Below, one piece after another: positions 35,784-46,009 of a stretch of 64,000 nucleotides of DNA. Source of the stretch: a virus; IMG/VR virus record IMGVR_UViG_3300030101_002616, positions 1 through 64,000 of that record; one strand, given 5' to 3'. The position numbers were made by a program, and so were the translations under genes. The number at the start of each line of letters is the position of its first letter. Within the stretch, counting starts at the first letter, position 1. The notes beneath the pieces are model-generated. The model was not told where the DNA came from and made no database searches. It saw nothing but the letters and a program-made list of their open reading frames with translations.

Positions 35784-36053
35784 ATGGCAACACCAGCATG
35801 GCAAAGAAAAGCAGGAAAGAATCCTAGCGGTGGGTTAAACGCTGCAGGAAGACGATCTTATAATCAATCTACAGGTGGTAATTTAAAAGCTCCTAGTAAA
35901 AAGAAAGGAAACAAAAGACGCTCTAGTTTCTGTAGTAGAATGTGCGGCATGAAAGCTAAACGTACAGGAGCTAAAGGTCAAAGAGATCCTAAATCAAGAA
36001 TTAACAAATCGCTACGTGCATGGAATTGTGGTAGCTGTAGTAACTGGAGATAA
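35784..36053 (+). CDS. Small basic protein (DUF6321-like, PAWQRKAGKNPSGGLN...RRSSFCSRM...SLRAWNC)
   Basis: Motif recalled from aquatic-phage small proteins; family label unverified. Confidence 0.65.
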   Translation: MATPAWQRKAGKNPSGGLNAAGRRSYNQSTGGNLKAPSKKKGNKRRSSFCSRMCGMKAKRTGAKGQRDPKSRINKSLRAWNCGSCSNWR

Positions 36054-36054
36054 T

Positions 36055-37011
36055 ATGGCAGTATATAAGAACATATCAAGTAAAATGATTATACGTAAAG
36101 TTATGCGTGACTTGCGTCCTAATCATGCAGAATGGATAGATGATGCGGTAGAGTGGATAGGTGAGGCCTTAGAGCATATAGGAGCTGCATCACAACTTTG
36201 TCAAAAGCAATGCGTGCTTACAATAGAAGATCACAAAGCATGTTTGCCTGGAGACTTATACTTTATAAATCAAGTAGCAGTTAATGGTACTGTCGGCACT
36301 TCTGCAAGTGATGAGCTTGATGTTCTTACAGAGCAAGTTAGAAAACTCAGAGCTGACATAGCAGAATACAACTCAACATTAGAAGAAGATGTAGCTAACA
36401 ATGGAGCTAACATTACTAACGCAGATTTAACTACATATGATACACAATATAAATCAAATGTAACAGAACTTAGAGAGCTAATTAGTAGGATAACCGTTTT
36501 AGAGGGGATATATTTTAATACTAAGGGTGGGGGTGCTGGCCTAGAACCATTACGTTATGGGGCTAGCACTTTCCATAGCTCTATGCACTGCGACGATTGT
36601 ATTAATGAGCATGCACTAAACAATGAAAGTTATATAATAGATTGTGATTTTATAAAAACATCTTTTGCTAGTGGTAAGGTATGTATAAGCTATACAGCTT
36701 TTCCTATTGATGAAGATTGTTTTCCAATGATACCAGATGACATAAGTTATAAAGAAGCTATGTTCTGGTATATATACAAGCAAATGTTGTTAGGTGGATA
36801 TGATAAACCTAACAATAGAATAGATTATAACTTTGCTGATCAGAAATGGAAGTACTATTGTACTCAAGCTAGAAACGCTGCAAACTACCCAGATATTGAA
36901 AGATATGAATCTTATATGAATCAGTGGGTTAGACTTATACCAGATATTAATGCACACGATTGCTTCTTTGAATACCTAAATCATAGAGAAGATTTGAATA
37001 GAAATTACTAA
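36055..37011 (+). CDS. Tail ring / adaptor protein (start MAVYKNISSK)
   Basis: WIGEALEHIG, SYTAFPIDED.FPMIPD, YYCTQA motifs; directly upstream of the stabilisation protein as in crAss-like phages. Confidence 0.7.
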   Translation: MAVYKNISSKMIIRKVMRDLRPNHAEWIDDAVEWIGEALEHIGAASQLCQKQCVLTIEDHKACLPGDLYFINQVAVNGTVGTSASDELDVLTEQVRKLRADIAEYNSTLEEDVANNGANITNADLTTYDTQYKSNVTELRELISRITVLEGIYFNTKGGGAGLEPLRYGASTFHSSMHCDDCINEHALNNESYIIDCDFIKTSFASGKVCISYTAFPIDEDCFPMIPDDISYKEAMFWYIYKQMLLGGYDKPNNRIDYNFADQKWKYYCTQARNAANYPDIERYESYMNQWVRLIPDINAHDCFFEYLNHREDLNRNY

Positions 37012-40000
37012 TGGCTAAATATATAAAAGGATTAAATAAAGATGCGGCTCCAATAGATCAGCCCGAAGGATCATACAGATATGCTAAAAATGTATTACTG
37101 AATGAAACTGCTGGTGCTATATCTAATGAGCCAGGGACACAGGTTCAGCCTTCAACTCTTCTAGGAACAGTTATAGGGACTATAGAAACTACTGATGATA
37201 AGATTATTATCTATACTGTAGATGATAATGGTCGTTCTAGAATATATTTATTTGATAGTGCAGGTTCAGGCGCTACGTTTTTAATACTTACAACTACTGC
37301 TGGTAATGTAATAAATGGTAATGATGTTGATTTAAAATTTGACAAAAAACATCCTATAGAAGGTACATATAAAATTGATCCTAACGGAGATTTAATTGTA
37401 TACTGGACTGATAATTTTAATCCTCCACGAAGTCTTAATATTACAAGACAGCAAACAAGTAATAATACTATTATATATGGAGTTGATCCTATTGGATCAC
37501 CTAATAAAAATTACATAGATAGATTAAACTTATTTCCACATTCAGGTCCTGTTCCTAGAATAGCCTTTGATAGAATAGCAAATGGTGGTGCATTAAAGTC
37601 TGGGACATATACTTTATTCTTAGCATATGTTGACGAAAACTTTACACAAACAAACTTTGTATCATATTCATTAGCAGTTCCTATTGTAGAAGATGATGAA
37701 AGTGTAACACCAATAGAAAGATATGATGGATGTGAGCCTGATACACAAACAGGTAAATCTATTGTATGGGAAGTTGATAACTTAAATACAGATTATGAGT
37801 TTTTAAGACCTGTAGTAGTACATAGAAGTTTAGACAAAGATGGTTCTCCCGCAGAATTTGCTTTTAAATTAAATGATTTAGATATAAGTGCGGCTACAGC
37901 ATCTGTTACATTTTCAGGACTAGAGGGCTATCAGTCATCTTCTGTAGATGAAGCTATTATAGATACAGTATCTTATGATACTGCTAAAACTGTTACACAA
38001 TTAGATAGTGTTTTATATCTAGGTAATTTAACTGGAAATAAAGATATAGGTTATCAAAAGTACGCAAACTTTATATCGCTAGAGGCGGTAGCTGGACCTT
38101 CATTTAATCCTTTTGATCCGTATGAGTTAACTGCTGACAACTTAAATTATGGGTACATAGATACAGACCCTTATAGTCAGGTGCTATCTGGTATAACAAG
38201 ACAAGGAGGTTTTAGAGATGTGGATAGATTATCATCTACTAGGAATGCTCCTGCAAGTAATCCTGAACAAGTTTTTAATAGAAGAAGTTATTTTAGAGAT
38301 GAGGTATATGCATTTTATATAGCGTTTATACTTAATGATGGTAGCATGTCTTATGCTTATCATATACCTGGAAGATCAGCTAAGACAGACGTCGATGGCG
38401 GTTCTATTAGAAAAGTAGGAACTAATAATCCTATAGCAGGATCTGCTTCTGAACTTGATTCTACTGCAGACCCTGATCTTACACAGCTAACACAAGGACA
38501 AGGGCAGTTGTTTCACTTTCATGACTTCTCTATTTTTGGAACAAGTAATACTAACTTTTGGCACAATAAAAATGAGTTCTATCCTAATACGGATGACTAC
38601 TTAATGATTGATGCTAATGATCCTGATACTACAGTAGAAGACTTAAGAGGTAGCAATGTTAGACACCACCATATGCCTTGTAACACTAATAGTGATATGA
38701 GGACTATTGTTTCAAATAACAGCAGTATCAATGAGGCTGTAGATGAAACAACTACTGTTTATTATTTCTATTGGGGGGATCTAGCAGATAGTCAATCTGG
38801 TTTGAATGAAACCCAGGATTTGCATGTAACAGACTTTTCTGCTAATACAAGCGCTATAGATGATACAGGTGGAATAGGTTGGGGGGATTGGGAGGATGGT
38901 TCTGAAGATCTTCAAGATGCTTTTGGTGATATTAGCACTTGGACATATCAAGTGCCTACTGCAGGTGATATTGCAAATGGTAACTTACAAGGATATTTCT
39001 TATGGCGTTCTCCTGGTAATATTAATAGTGGGTTTACTACTGCTGAAGTGCAGGAGGTATTAAATAATGGAGATATAAATTTAAACCAAACTAATAGTGG
39101 TGGAGGTGTTTTTGATTGTCCTTGTGATCAGTTAAATACAGATCCTAATAATGTATATGGATATTTTGTTTGGCAGTCAACAACTCCTGCAGTTGATGCA
39201 GCCGGTTCAATATCACAAGAAGTTAGGCCTTTAGGTGTACGTCTTGATGATATAAAAATACCAAAAAGTATTGCAGATAAAGTACAAGGATTTAAAATAT
39301 ACTATGCAGAGCGTAAACACTCTAACAGAAGAATAATAGGACAGGATGTTTTAAAGAAGGCAGAAGATCTTGGTGAAAGAAATATAAGTGGATGTGAAGG
39401 AGAAAGTGGTAATGGATCTATTGAAGAGTTTATACTAAGTCCTGGGGCTTTAAGAAATGGGCCAATGACTACAGCAACCTTTCATGACTTTTATTTATTA
39501 CACAGAAAAAACAGTTTAGTTCCTGCTACACACACAAGTGAAGAGTATACAGTATCAATGTTTTCTATTAAAGGGCCTGGTCACACTTATGATGATGTTG
39601 ATGAAAATTTAACACCACTTGAAGCATGTCAGTATGGTAACTCTTATGTAACAGCTCACCTTGGAGGTACATATGGATTTTATACAGGTAATACTCTACC
39701 ATTCTTCCACTTCCCAATAAGAGAAAAATGTAAAACCTATTTAAATGGTGACTCTATATATGATGGTAGAGGTATAGGATTTGGTAAAAGAATATTTAAT
39801 ATAGGGGGAGAAACCTCTATTTTACTAGGCTTCAAACCTACAAGACAACCAGTCCAAGCTCTTTGGCCACAGGCTGATGGAGGAGTGTTTTGGCATGATC
39901 CTATTCCCGGTTCTTCAGATCCTTTTTCTTATGAGGCACCCTCTTCACCACCAGTATTAAAACTGCATAATTTACATGCTTTCAAAACAGATATGTATTT

Positions 40001-41933
40001 ATCGTTTGATACACAAGAGTTAGTGTGGACAGGATTTGAAGTAGTAGGAGATGAGTTAGATAACTATACAGTTGAAGATGACAACACCTCTACTCCAGGA
40101 GCTACTCACCAAACTGGTAATATATTTGGAGGGGATACTTTTATATGTAGACATGGTTATCGTATAACTCACAGGCCTGCATACCAAGGCACAGCGCCGT
40201 ATGATCATAAATCTTTAATATATGTAATATCTGAGTCTACAGATAATATAAACTTTAGACACGAGACAGACGTAGATAGCACATACTTTCCAGGATCTCC
40301 TGCTAAAAAATTATTAGACATAAAAGCAAATATAGATCTTACCAAGAAAGACAATATGAAGTATGATGAGTCTTTTTCTCTTGGGGTTGCAGATATAAAA
40401 CCAGCAATACCATATCCACTAAGAGAAGCTGACCCTAGTATATTTCAAACAAGAGTACAGAGATCTGCAAAAGCAGATAACACTAGTTTAATAGATAACT
40501 ATCGCGTATTTTTAGCACTACAGTTTAAAGATCTACCACGTAATAGAGGCAGTTTACATAGACTGATTACCTTAAACAACTTGTTATATCTACATACTCA
40601 AGATAGTTTATTTAGAACTAAGGGTAAACAATCATTACAAATGTCAGATGGCACAGAGTCGTTTGTAGGTAGTGGTGATATATTTGCTCAAGAGCCTGAT
40701 GAGTTAATACAAACTAAGTTTGGTTATGGAGGTACACAATCTCAATGGGTTTCTATAGTTACTAAACACGGATACTTTTGTATGGATTATAGAAATCGTA
40801 GAGTCTTTTTAATGAAAGATCAGCTATATGATATAGGTAAGACTGGATTAGAAAGTTGGTTTCAAGATAACATTCCATATGCCCTAGAACAACACGGCTT
40901 ACCTATAGACTTTGATAATCCTATAGTAGGTATAGGTTTTAATGCAATGTATGATGAAAGATATGATAGAATACTATTAACAAAAAGAGACTTAAAACCA
41001 ACTGCCGTTTTAGAAGAACTACTTGAAAATGCTAATGATAATTTTGCAGATGAAACTCAAACAATTGCAACATACGATGAAACACTGCAACAGTTTGTTA
41101 CAAAGTTTGAAAATCAAAATGGTAATATTGTAATCACTCCTATAGACTTTACGGATGATTACTATTTTACACTTTCAGGTTGGACAGTATCTTATAATGT
41201 AGAATCAAATGTTTGGGCATCTTTTCATGATTACATTCCATATAAGTATACTAGAATTAAAGATACATTAGTATCATTTAATGAAGGTAATAATGAAATT
41301 TGGATGCATAAAAGCGAAGAAAATCGTGGTAGTTTTTATGCTGTAGATTATGCTACAGAATTTGAGTTTATATATAATGCAGCTAAGGACAGTGACAAAA
41401 TATTTTATAGTTTTGAATATACTATTGATGTAACTGATGAACATGCACCTACAATAGATGGTGGTAAATTACGTCACGATCATGGATTTAATAGTTTTTA
41501 TGTATATACCACACACCAACTATCTGGAGAAAGTCCTATAGAGTATATGATAAATACTCGTAGAGTTGGTAATGAGTGGAAAATAAATAAGTTCAGAGAC
41601 TTAGCAGATTTACAAAACAATCAACAATTAACGTATGTAGGGCCTGCAGGAGTAGGCACTTTTACTGGTAGCAACTTTGGTGTAACAAGCGCTAATGTTG
41701 CCGGCACAATAACAACAGGCGTTACAACCCATTTAGCTAATACTTCAATGTTTAATGTAGATGGTATGACTGAAACTATAAACGCAGCCTTTATAAATGC
41801 TGCTAAATCATGGGAAACAAGAAGAAAGTTTAGAGATAAGTGGGTAGGAATTCGTTTAAAGTACGACAATGTTTCAAAAAAATTAATAAATTTGTATTCC
41901 ACCAACGTGGCTGCAAAAAAATTCTATAGATAA
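37011..41933 (+). CDS. Tail stabilisation / muzzle protein, 1640 aa
   Basis: KGLNKD...YRYAKN, VYWTDNFNPPR, RDEVYAFYI, FGGDTFI, YGGTQ, W.SFHDY.P, KFRDKW motifs of crAss-like stabilisation proteins. Confidence 0.85.
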   Translation: MAKYIKGLNKDAAPIDQPEGSYRYAKNVLLNETAGAISNEPGTQVQPSTLLGTVIGTIETTDDKIIIYTVDDNGRSRIYLFDSAGSGATFLILTTTAGNVINGNDVDLKFDKKHPIEGTYKIDPNGDLIVYWTDNFNPPRSLNITRQQTSNNTIIYGVDPIGSPNKNYIDRLNLFPHSGPVPRIAFDRIANGGALKSGTYTLFLAYVDENFTQTNFVSYSLAVPIVEDDESVTPIERYDGCEPDTQTGKSIVWEVDNLNTDYEFLRPVVVHRSLDKDGSPAEFAFKLNDLDISAATASVTFSGLEGYQSSSVDEAIIDTVSYDTAKTVTQLDSVLYLGNLTGNKDIGYQKYANFISLEAVAGPSFNPFDPYELTADNLNYGYIDTDPYSQVLSGITRQGGFRDVDRLSSTRNAPASNPEQVFNRRSYFRDEVYAFYIAFILNDGSMSYAYHIPGRSAKTDVDGGSIRKVGTNNPIAGSASELDSTADPDLTQLTQGQGQLFHFHDFSIFGTSNTNFWHNKNEFYPNTDDYLMIDANDPDTTVEDLRGSNVRHHHMPCNTNSDMRTIVSNNSSINEAVDETTTVYYFYWGDLADSQSGLNETQDLHVTDFSANTSAIDDTGGIGWGDWEDGSEDLQDAFGDISTWTYQVPTAGDIANGNLQGYFLWRSPGNINSGFTTAEVQEVLNNGDINLNQTNSGGGVFDCPCDQLNTDPNNVYGYFVWQSTTPAVDAAGSISQEVRPLGVRLDDIKIPKSIADKVQGFKIYYAERKHSNRRIIGQDVLKKAEDLGERNISGCEGESGNGSIEEFILSPGALRNGPMTTATFHDFYLLHRKNSLVPATHTSEEYTVSMFSIKGPGHTYDDVDENLTPLEACQYGNSYVTAHLGGTYGFYTGNTLPFFHFPIREKCKTYLNGDSIYDGRGIGFGKRIFNIGGETSILLGFKPTRQPVQALWPQADGGVFWHDPIPGSSDPFSYEAPSSPPVLKLHNLHAFKTDMYLSFDTQELVWTGFEVVGDELDNYTVEDDNTSTPGATHQTGNIFGGDTFICRHGYRITHRPAYQGTAPYDHKSLIYVISESTDNINFRHETDVDSTYFPGSPAKKLLDIKANIDLTKKDNMKYDESFSLGVADIKPAIPYPLREADPSIFQTRVQRSAKADNTSLIDNYRVFLALQFKDLPRNRGSLHRLITLNNLLYLHTQDSLFRTKGKQSLQMSDGTESFVGSGDIFAQEPDELIQTKFGYGGTQSQWVSIVTKHGYFCMDYRNRRVFLMKDQLYDIGKTGLESWFQDNIPYALEQHGLPIDFDNPIVGIGFNAMYDERYDRILLTKRDLKPTAVLEELLENANDNFADETQTIATYDETLQQFVTKFENQNGNIVITPIDFTDDYYFTLSGWTVSYNVESNVWASFHDYIPYKYTRIKDTLVSFNEGNNEIWMHKSEENRGSFYAVDYATEFEFIYNAAKDSDKIFYSFEYTIDVTDEHAPTIDGGKLRHDHGFNSFYVYTTHQLSGESPIEYMINTRRVGNEWKINKFRDLADLQNNQQLTYVGPAGVGTFTGSNFGVTSANVAGTITTGVTTHLANTSMFNVDGMTETINAAFINAAKSWETRRKFRDKWVGIRLKYDNVSKKLINLYSTNVAAKKFYR

Positions 41934-41935
41934 TT

Positions 41936-44900
41936 ATGGCAAAATCAAGAGCTCAACAAGCAGCAATAGCAATATCAATGAAGAAAGCAGGTAAGAAGCC
42001 TAGACTAAGAAAGAAACAAAAGGGTGGAGAGTATACTGTTAAGAGTGGAGATGCTATGTATAAAATAGCTAAGAAATATAACATGTCCACAAGCGACTTA
42101 ATGGCACTAAATCCTGAAATTAACGAAAGAGGTGATATTCGTCCAGGACAAAAGATAATTACAAAAGCGCCTTCAGAGTCTTTCTTTGACAACTTTAATC
42201 TGCCTTCAGGTAAAAAGGCGGTTAAAGAAGTTTTGCAAACATCTACTGGTATAAATCAGGCAGATTTCTTAGGGCTTATACCTGCAAATGTTAAAGCTTT
42301 TGTTTCTGATATTACAGGTATAGGTAAGTCAGAAGGTATTACTGAAAAAGATCTTAATAACAGGGAAAAGAAAGCTCTAAGAGAAGCTATAAAAAGAGCT
42401 GAGGAAAAAGGTAAAAATTATATTGAATATCCAGATTTTGCATCGGCTGCTGAACCAACATCAGACATCGGTGGAGGAACTTTTTTACAAGGCTTTGCTC
42501 CTATAACAAAATATTTTGATCCTAAGTATTCTATGAAAACTCTGTTAGGACAGGCTAAATTTAAAAAGAATAAAGATGGCACTTATACAGTGACTGATCA
42601 GTTTAATTTTAATGATGCTAGTAAAGCTGGATTTAAAGGAGTTATTGCAGACATTAAAGATCAAGGCATTGCAGGACTTTCTCCTTATAAGTTTGCAAGA
42701 AATATTGCAAGAAACTTTGGTTCTGCTGAAGGTGAGGGTATGGATGTAAACATTACATTTCAAAAAGGTGGTGTAAGCGATACAATAAAAGTAAGCTCAA
42801 CAGATCAAGCAGTTGCTAAAAAGAAACTTCAGAATAAGTTTAATGGTAGAATACCAAATAACGCAGTTCTTACTTATGACAAAGATACTGGGAAGTATAC
42901 ATACACAGTTCCTCCAACCCCTCCTAAAGTAGATCAAAAAAAGGAAGGCGGTTATCCTAAGAGCAGTAACAAAGAGTTCATGAGACGTATGGGTTACTAC
43001 CAAGGAGGTGGATTAAATCAAACTCCTATGTACGGCTCTAACACTATACCGGGTACACCAGAAACAGCTGCTATCACATATCAAGAAGCAGATCAATCTA
43101 GACTAAAAGCATTAGAAGAACAATTAAAAGAAGCTCAAGAGTCAACTAAGTTTCAAGATGAAGCAGAGGCAGAAGTTGCTAAACAAGCATCTACTATTAG
43201 TGGTATAGAACAAGGACTATCACAAGGTGTAAAAGGCCTAGATAAACTTGGAGCGTTTGATAAGTTAAAAGAGAAAGGTGCTGAAAAAACTGAAGCTTTA
43301 TCAAAGCTAGGAGAGAATGCTGCTACAAATCTTGCTAGAGTAGGAGCTACTAAGGCAGACGAGGTAAGCAAAATTTTAGCTGATCAGTTAATACCCAAAG
43401 GAGGAAAAGTTATTGACGTTGCTAAAGATAAACTAAACATGGGTTTAGGTACTGATTACATGGGTGGTTTTGGATCAGATCAAGCAGCGAAGTTTGGAGA
43501 GATGCTTCAGCAATCAAATCCACAACAAGTTATATTGAGAGAGGGTGCAGAAGAAGCACTTAAACAAACCACTACGAATGTAGCAAGTGGTTTAACTCCT
43601 GCTCAATACGGAAACATAGGGGCAGTTGCATCACTTGCAGGTGAAGGTATTAAGATGGCATCAGACGATAAAGATGCTACTACAATGAATGTAGGAGAAA
43701 GTGTGGGTTCAGGACTGTCAGGTGTTGGTACAGGTATTGGTGCAGCAACAACTACAGCTATGCTAATGGGAGCTCCTTTAGGTCCTGTAGGTATGGCTGC
43801 AGGTGTAATTGGTGGAGCTGCATATGGTTTAGGTAAAGGACTTATACAAAGAGGTAAGGCTAGGAGAGAAGAAGAGAAAGCTGAAAGAAAAAAAGAGAAA
43901 CAGTTATCAAAAATAGGAACACAGAGTAGATTAGAAGCACTTAAGTCTAAACAGTATTCAGGATTTGATTTTGGTGCTGATGTTAGACAGGGTGGAGGAT
44001 TTAGTGGAACGTTAGATAACATACAAGACGGATTAACACTAGCTGGATTAGCAGGGCCTGTAGGACCTTTTGCAGATATAGCTAATACTGTTATTTCTGC
44101 AGGTAGAGGAATTTATTCTGGTGTAACAGGAGATACAACAGCAGCTAAAAAACATGCAGTGAACACAGGCCTTAATTTAGTTTCAGCTATACCAGTTATA
44201 GGTGATACAATATCAGCTCCTAAAGCAATAAAAGCAGGAGCAAATTTAGCTCAGAAGGCCGTAGTAAAAGGAAAGAAAGTTAAGTCAGGAGCAAATATAT
44301 TACAAGCTGCAAACATTATAAATCCTGCTGGTAACTTCCAACCTTCTGTAGATATGAATCAAACATTTGCTTCAGAAACAACTGGGGTTAGACCTCCAAT
44401 AATTCCAGAGATGATGAATTTACCTAAGTTTCCACAGCAACCTCCTATACCAAAGATAGGACCTAGTACAAGAAAAAATGGTGGTGTAAAACTGCCAGGT
44501 GGTGTAGCTAAGCCTATACCAGGATCTGATGCTATAGAGTTCAAAGGTAGAAGTCATGCACAAGGTGGTATCATGGTAGACCCTATGACAGAAGTAGAGG
44601 GCAATGAAACAATGGATAAAGTAACTATGAATAAAGGTGGTAAAAGAGATTACTTCTTCTCACAACATTTAAAGATGGGGGGCAAGTCATTCGCACAGAG
44701 ACATAAAGATATATTAAAGAAAGGCGGTAGTCAAAAAGATATTGACTCGTTAGCTAAACTACAAGAAAAGAAAGCAGGTAGAAATCCTAACACTGTTAAG
44801 TTAGGTGCAGGTGGTTACTATCAAGGTGGCGGAATGTTTAAGAAAAACCCTAACGATTTTGGTCAGACTTATGATGATGGAACCCCAGTATACAATGACC

Positions 44901-46009
44901 AAGGTTTAGTACAACCTCCAGCTTCTTTAGTTCAAGATTTTCAAAATAGAATGTTCCCACAGGTAATACAAGATCCTGTAGTAGGTGATTTCGATCCTAT
45001 AACAGACATACCTTCAGCAACAACAACTAATAATACTAAAAACGAACCTACTAATACCACTAATAATGAAGAGGAACGTATTGTAGATGGAAATGTTGAA
45101 CTTTTAGATCCTATACAAGTTACTCAAATACCTGTAGACGATACCATGCCACCAACATTACAGCCTATTGCTGTTGATGAAAATGGTATGCCTATAGAAT
45201 CTGACTACAACTCGCTTTCAGATGAAGATAAGAGTGTAGTAGATAAAGCAAACTCAGGAGCTGATCTAACAGACTTAGAGAAAAAAGCTTTAAAGAGATT
45301 ACGTAGAGATGTTCCTGGTCTAGCTATAGGTGCGGGGGTTGCACAACTTATTGCACCTGCATATGCATTCTTTAAGAAAGATAGAGTAGCAGAGCAGATG
45401 GGTGCGCCTGGTAGAATCAAAGCTCCTACACTAGATAGAGTAAGCTATAACACTGAGCGTGCTGCTAATGCTGCAGATAATAGAGCTATGAATAGGTTCA
45501 TTGAGACTAGTGGTATTGGACCGGCTGGTATCATTGCTAAGATGTCTGCGTATAGACGTAAGCAAGAAGGTGATCTAAAGATTGCTGCACAAGAGTCTAG
45601 AGTAAATACTCAGATTGCAAATCAAGAAGCGCAGATGGCTCAGCAAGCTAATGCAAGAAACGTTGCTAATGCAATGCAGGCAGATCAAATTAATACTCAG
45701 TTAAGAGAAGCACAGTTAGCCGCTAATCAAGATAGAAGACTAGAAGCTATAGACTCATTTACAGAAAGAACTGCAGGACTAGCTGGTGATCTAATGGCAT
45801 ACAAAGGTACTGAAAGGTTAGCAAGAGCTACTGGCGATATGGGTATCTATGAAAGAGATAGACTAAGAACATTCTTAAAGAATCAAGTTAATCCTAGAAC
45901 AGGTCAGCCATATACAAATGCTGAAATAGCTGAACTATTTAACAAACGTTTTGGTGAAGCTCAAGCAACTAAAGAAGATAAAGAAGATAAACAAGATGAG
46001 CAGATATAA
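41936..46009 (+). CDS. Modular virion cargo / ejection protein with LysM domain and glycine zipper, 1357 aa
   Basis: LysM YTVKSGDAMYKIAKKYNMSTSDLMALNPEI...IRPGQKI (42029-42160); Gly-zipper (about 43700-43840); GRSHAQGG...EVEGNE module; position between muzzle and giant proteins. Confidence 0.8.
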   Translation: MAKSRAQQAAIAISMKKAGKKPRLRKKQKGGEYTVKSGDAMYKIAKKYNMSTSDLMALNPEINERGDIRPGQKIITKAPSESFFDNFNLPSGKKAVKEVLQTSTGINQADFLGLIPANVKAFVSDITGIGKSEGITEKDLNNREKKALREAIKRAEEKGKNYIEYPDFASAAEPTSDIGGGTFLQGFAPITKYFDPKYSMKTLLGQAKFKKNKDGTYTVTDQFNFNDASKAGFKGVIADIKDQGIAGLSPYKFARNIARNFGSAEGEGMDVNITFQKGGVSDTIKVSSTDQAVAKKKLQNKFNGRIPNNAVLTYDKDTGKYTYTVPPTPPKVDQKKEGGYPKSSNKEFMRRMGYYQGGGLNQTPMYGSNTIPGTPETAAITYQEADQSRLKALEEQLKEAQESTKFQDEAEAEVAKQASTISGIEQGLSQGVKGLDKLGAFDKLKEKGAEKTEALSKLGENAATNLARVGATKADEVSKILADQLIPKGGKVIDVAKDKLNMGLGTDYMGGFGSDQAAKFGEMLQQSNPQQVILREGAEEALKQTTTNVASGLTPAQYGNIGAVASLAGEGIKMASDDKDATTMNVGESVGSGLSGVGTGIGAATTTAMLMGAPLGPVGMAAGVIGGAAYGLGKGLIQRGKARREEEKAERKKEKQLSKIGTQSRLEALKSKQYSGFDFGADVRQGGGFSGTLDNIQDGLTLAGLAGPVGPFADIANTVISAGRGIYSGVTGDTTAAKKHAVNTGLNLVSAIPVIGDTISAPKAIKAGANLAQKAVVKGKKVKSGANILQAANIINPAGNFQPSVDMNQTFASETTGVRPPIIPEMMNLPKFPQQPPIPKIGPSTRKNGGVKLPGGVAKPIPGSDAIEFKGRSHAQGGIMVDPMTEVEGNETMDKVTMNKGGKRDYFFSQHLKMGGKSFAQRHKDILKKGGSQKDIDSLAKLQEKKAGRNPNTVKLGAGGYYQGGGMFKKNPNDFGQTYDDGTPVYNDQGLVQPPASLVQDFQNRMFPQVIQDPVVGDFDPITDIPSATTTNNTKNEPTNTTNNEEERIVDGNVELLDPIQVTQIPVDDTMPPTLQPIAVDENGMPIESDYNSLSDEDKSVVDKANSGADLTDLEKKALKRLRRDVPGLAIGAGVAQLIAPAYAFFKKDRVAEQMGAPGRIKAPTLDRVSYNTERAANAADNRAMNRFIETSGIGPAGIIAKMSAYRRKQEGDLKIAAQESRVNTQIANQEAQMAQQANARNVANAMQADQINTQLREAQLAANQDRRLEAIDSFTERTAGLAGDLMAYKGTERLARATGDMGIYERDRLRTFLKNQVNPRTGQPYTNAEIAELFNKRFGEAQATKEDKEDKQDEQI

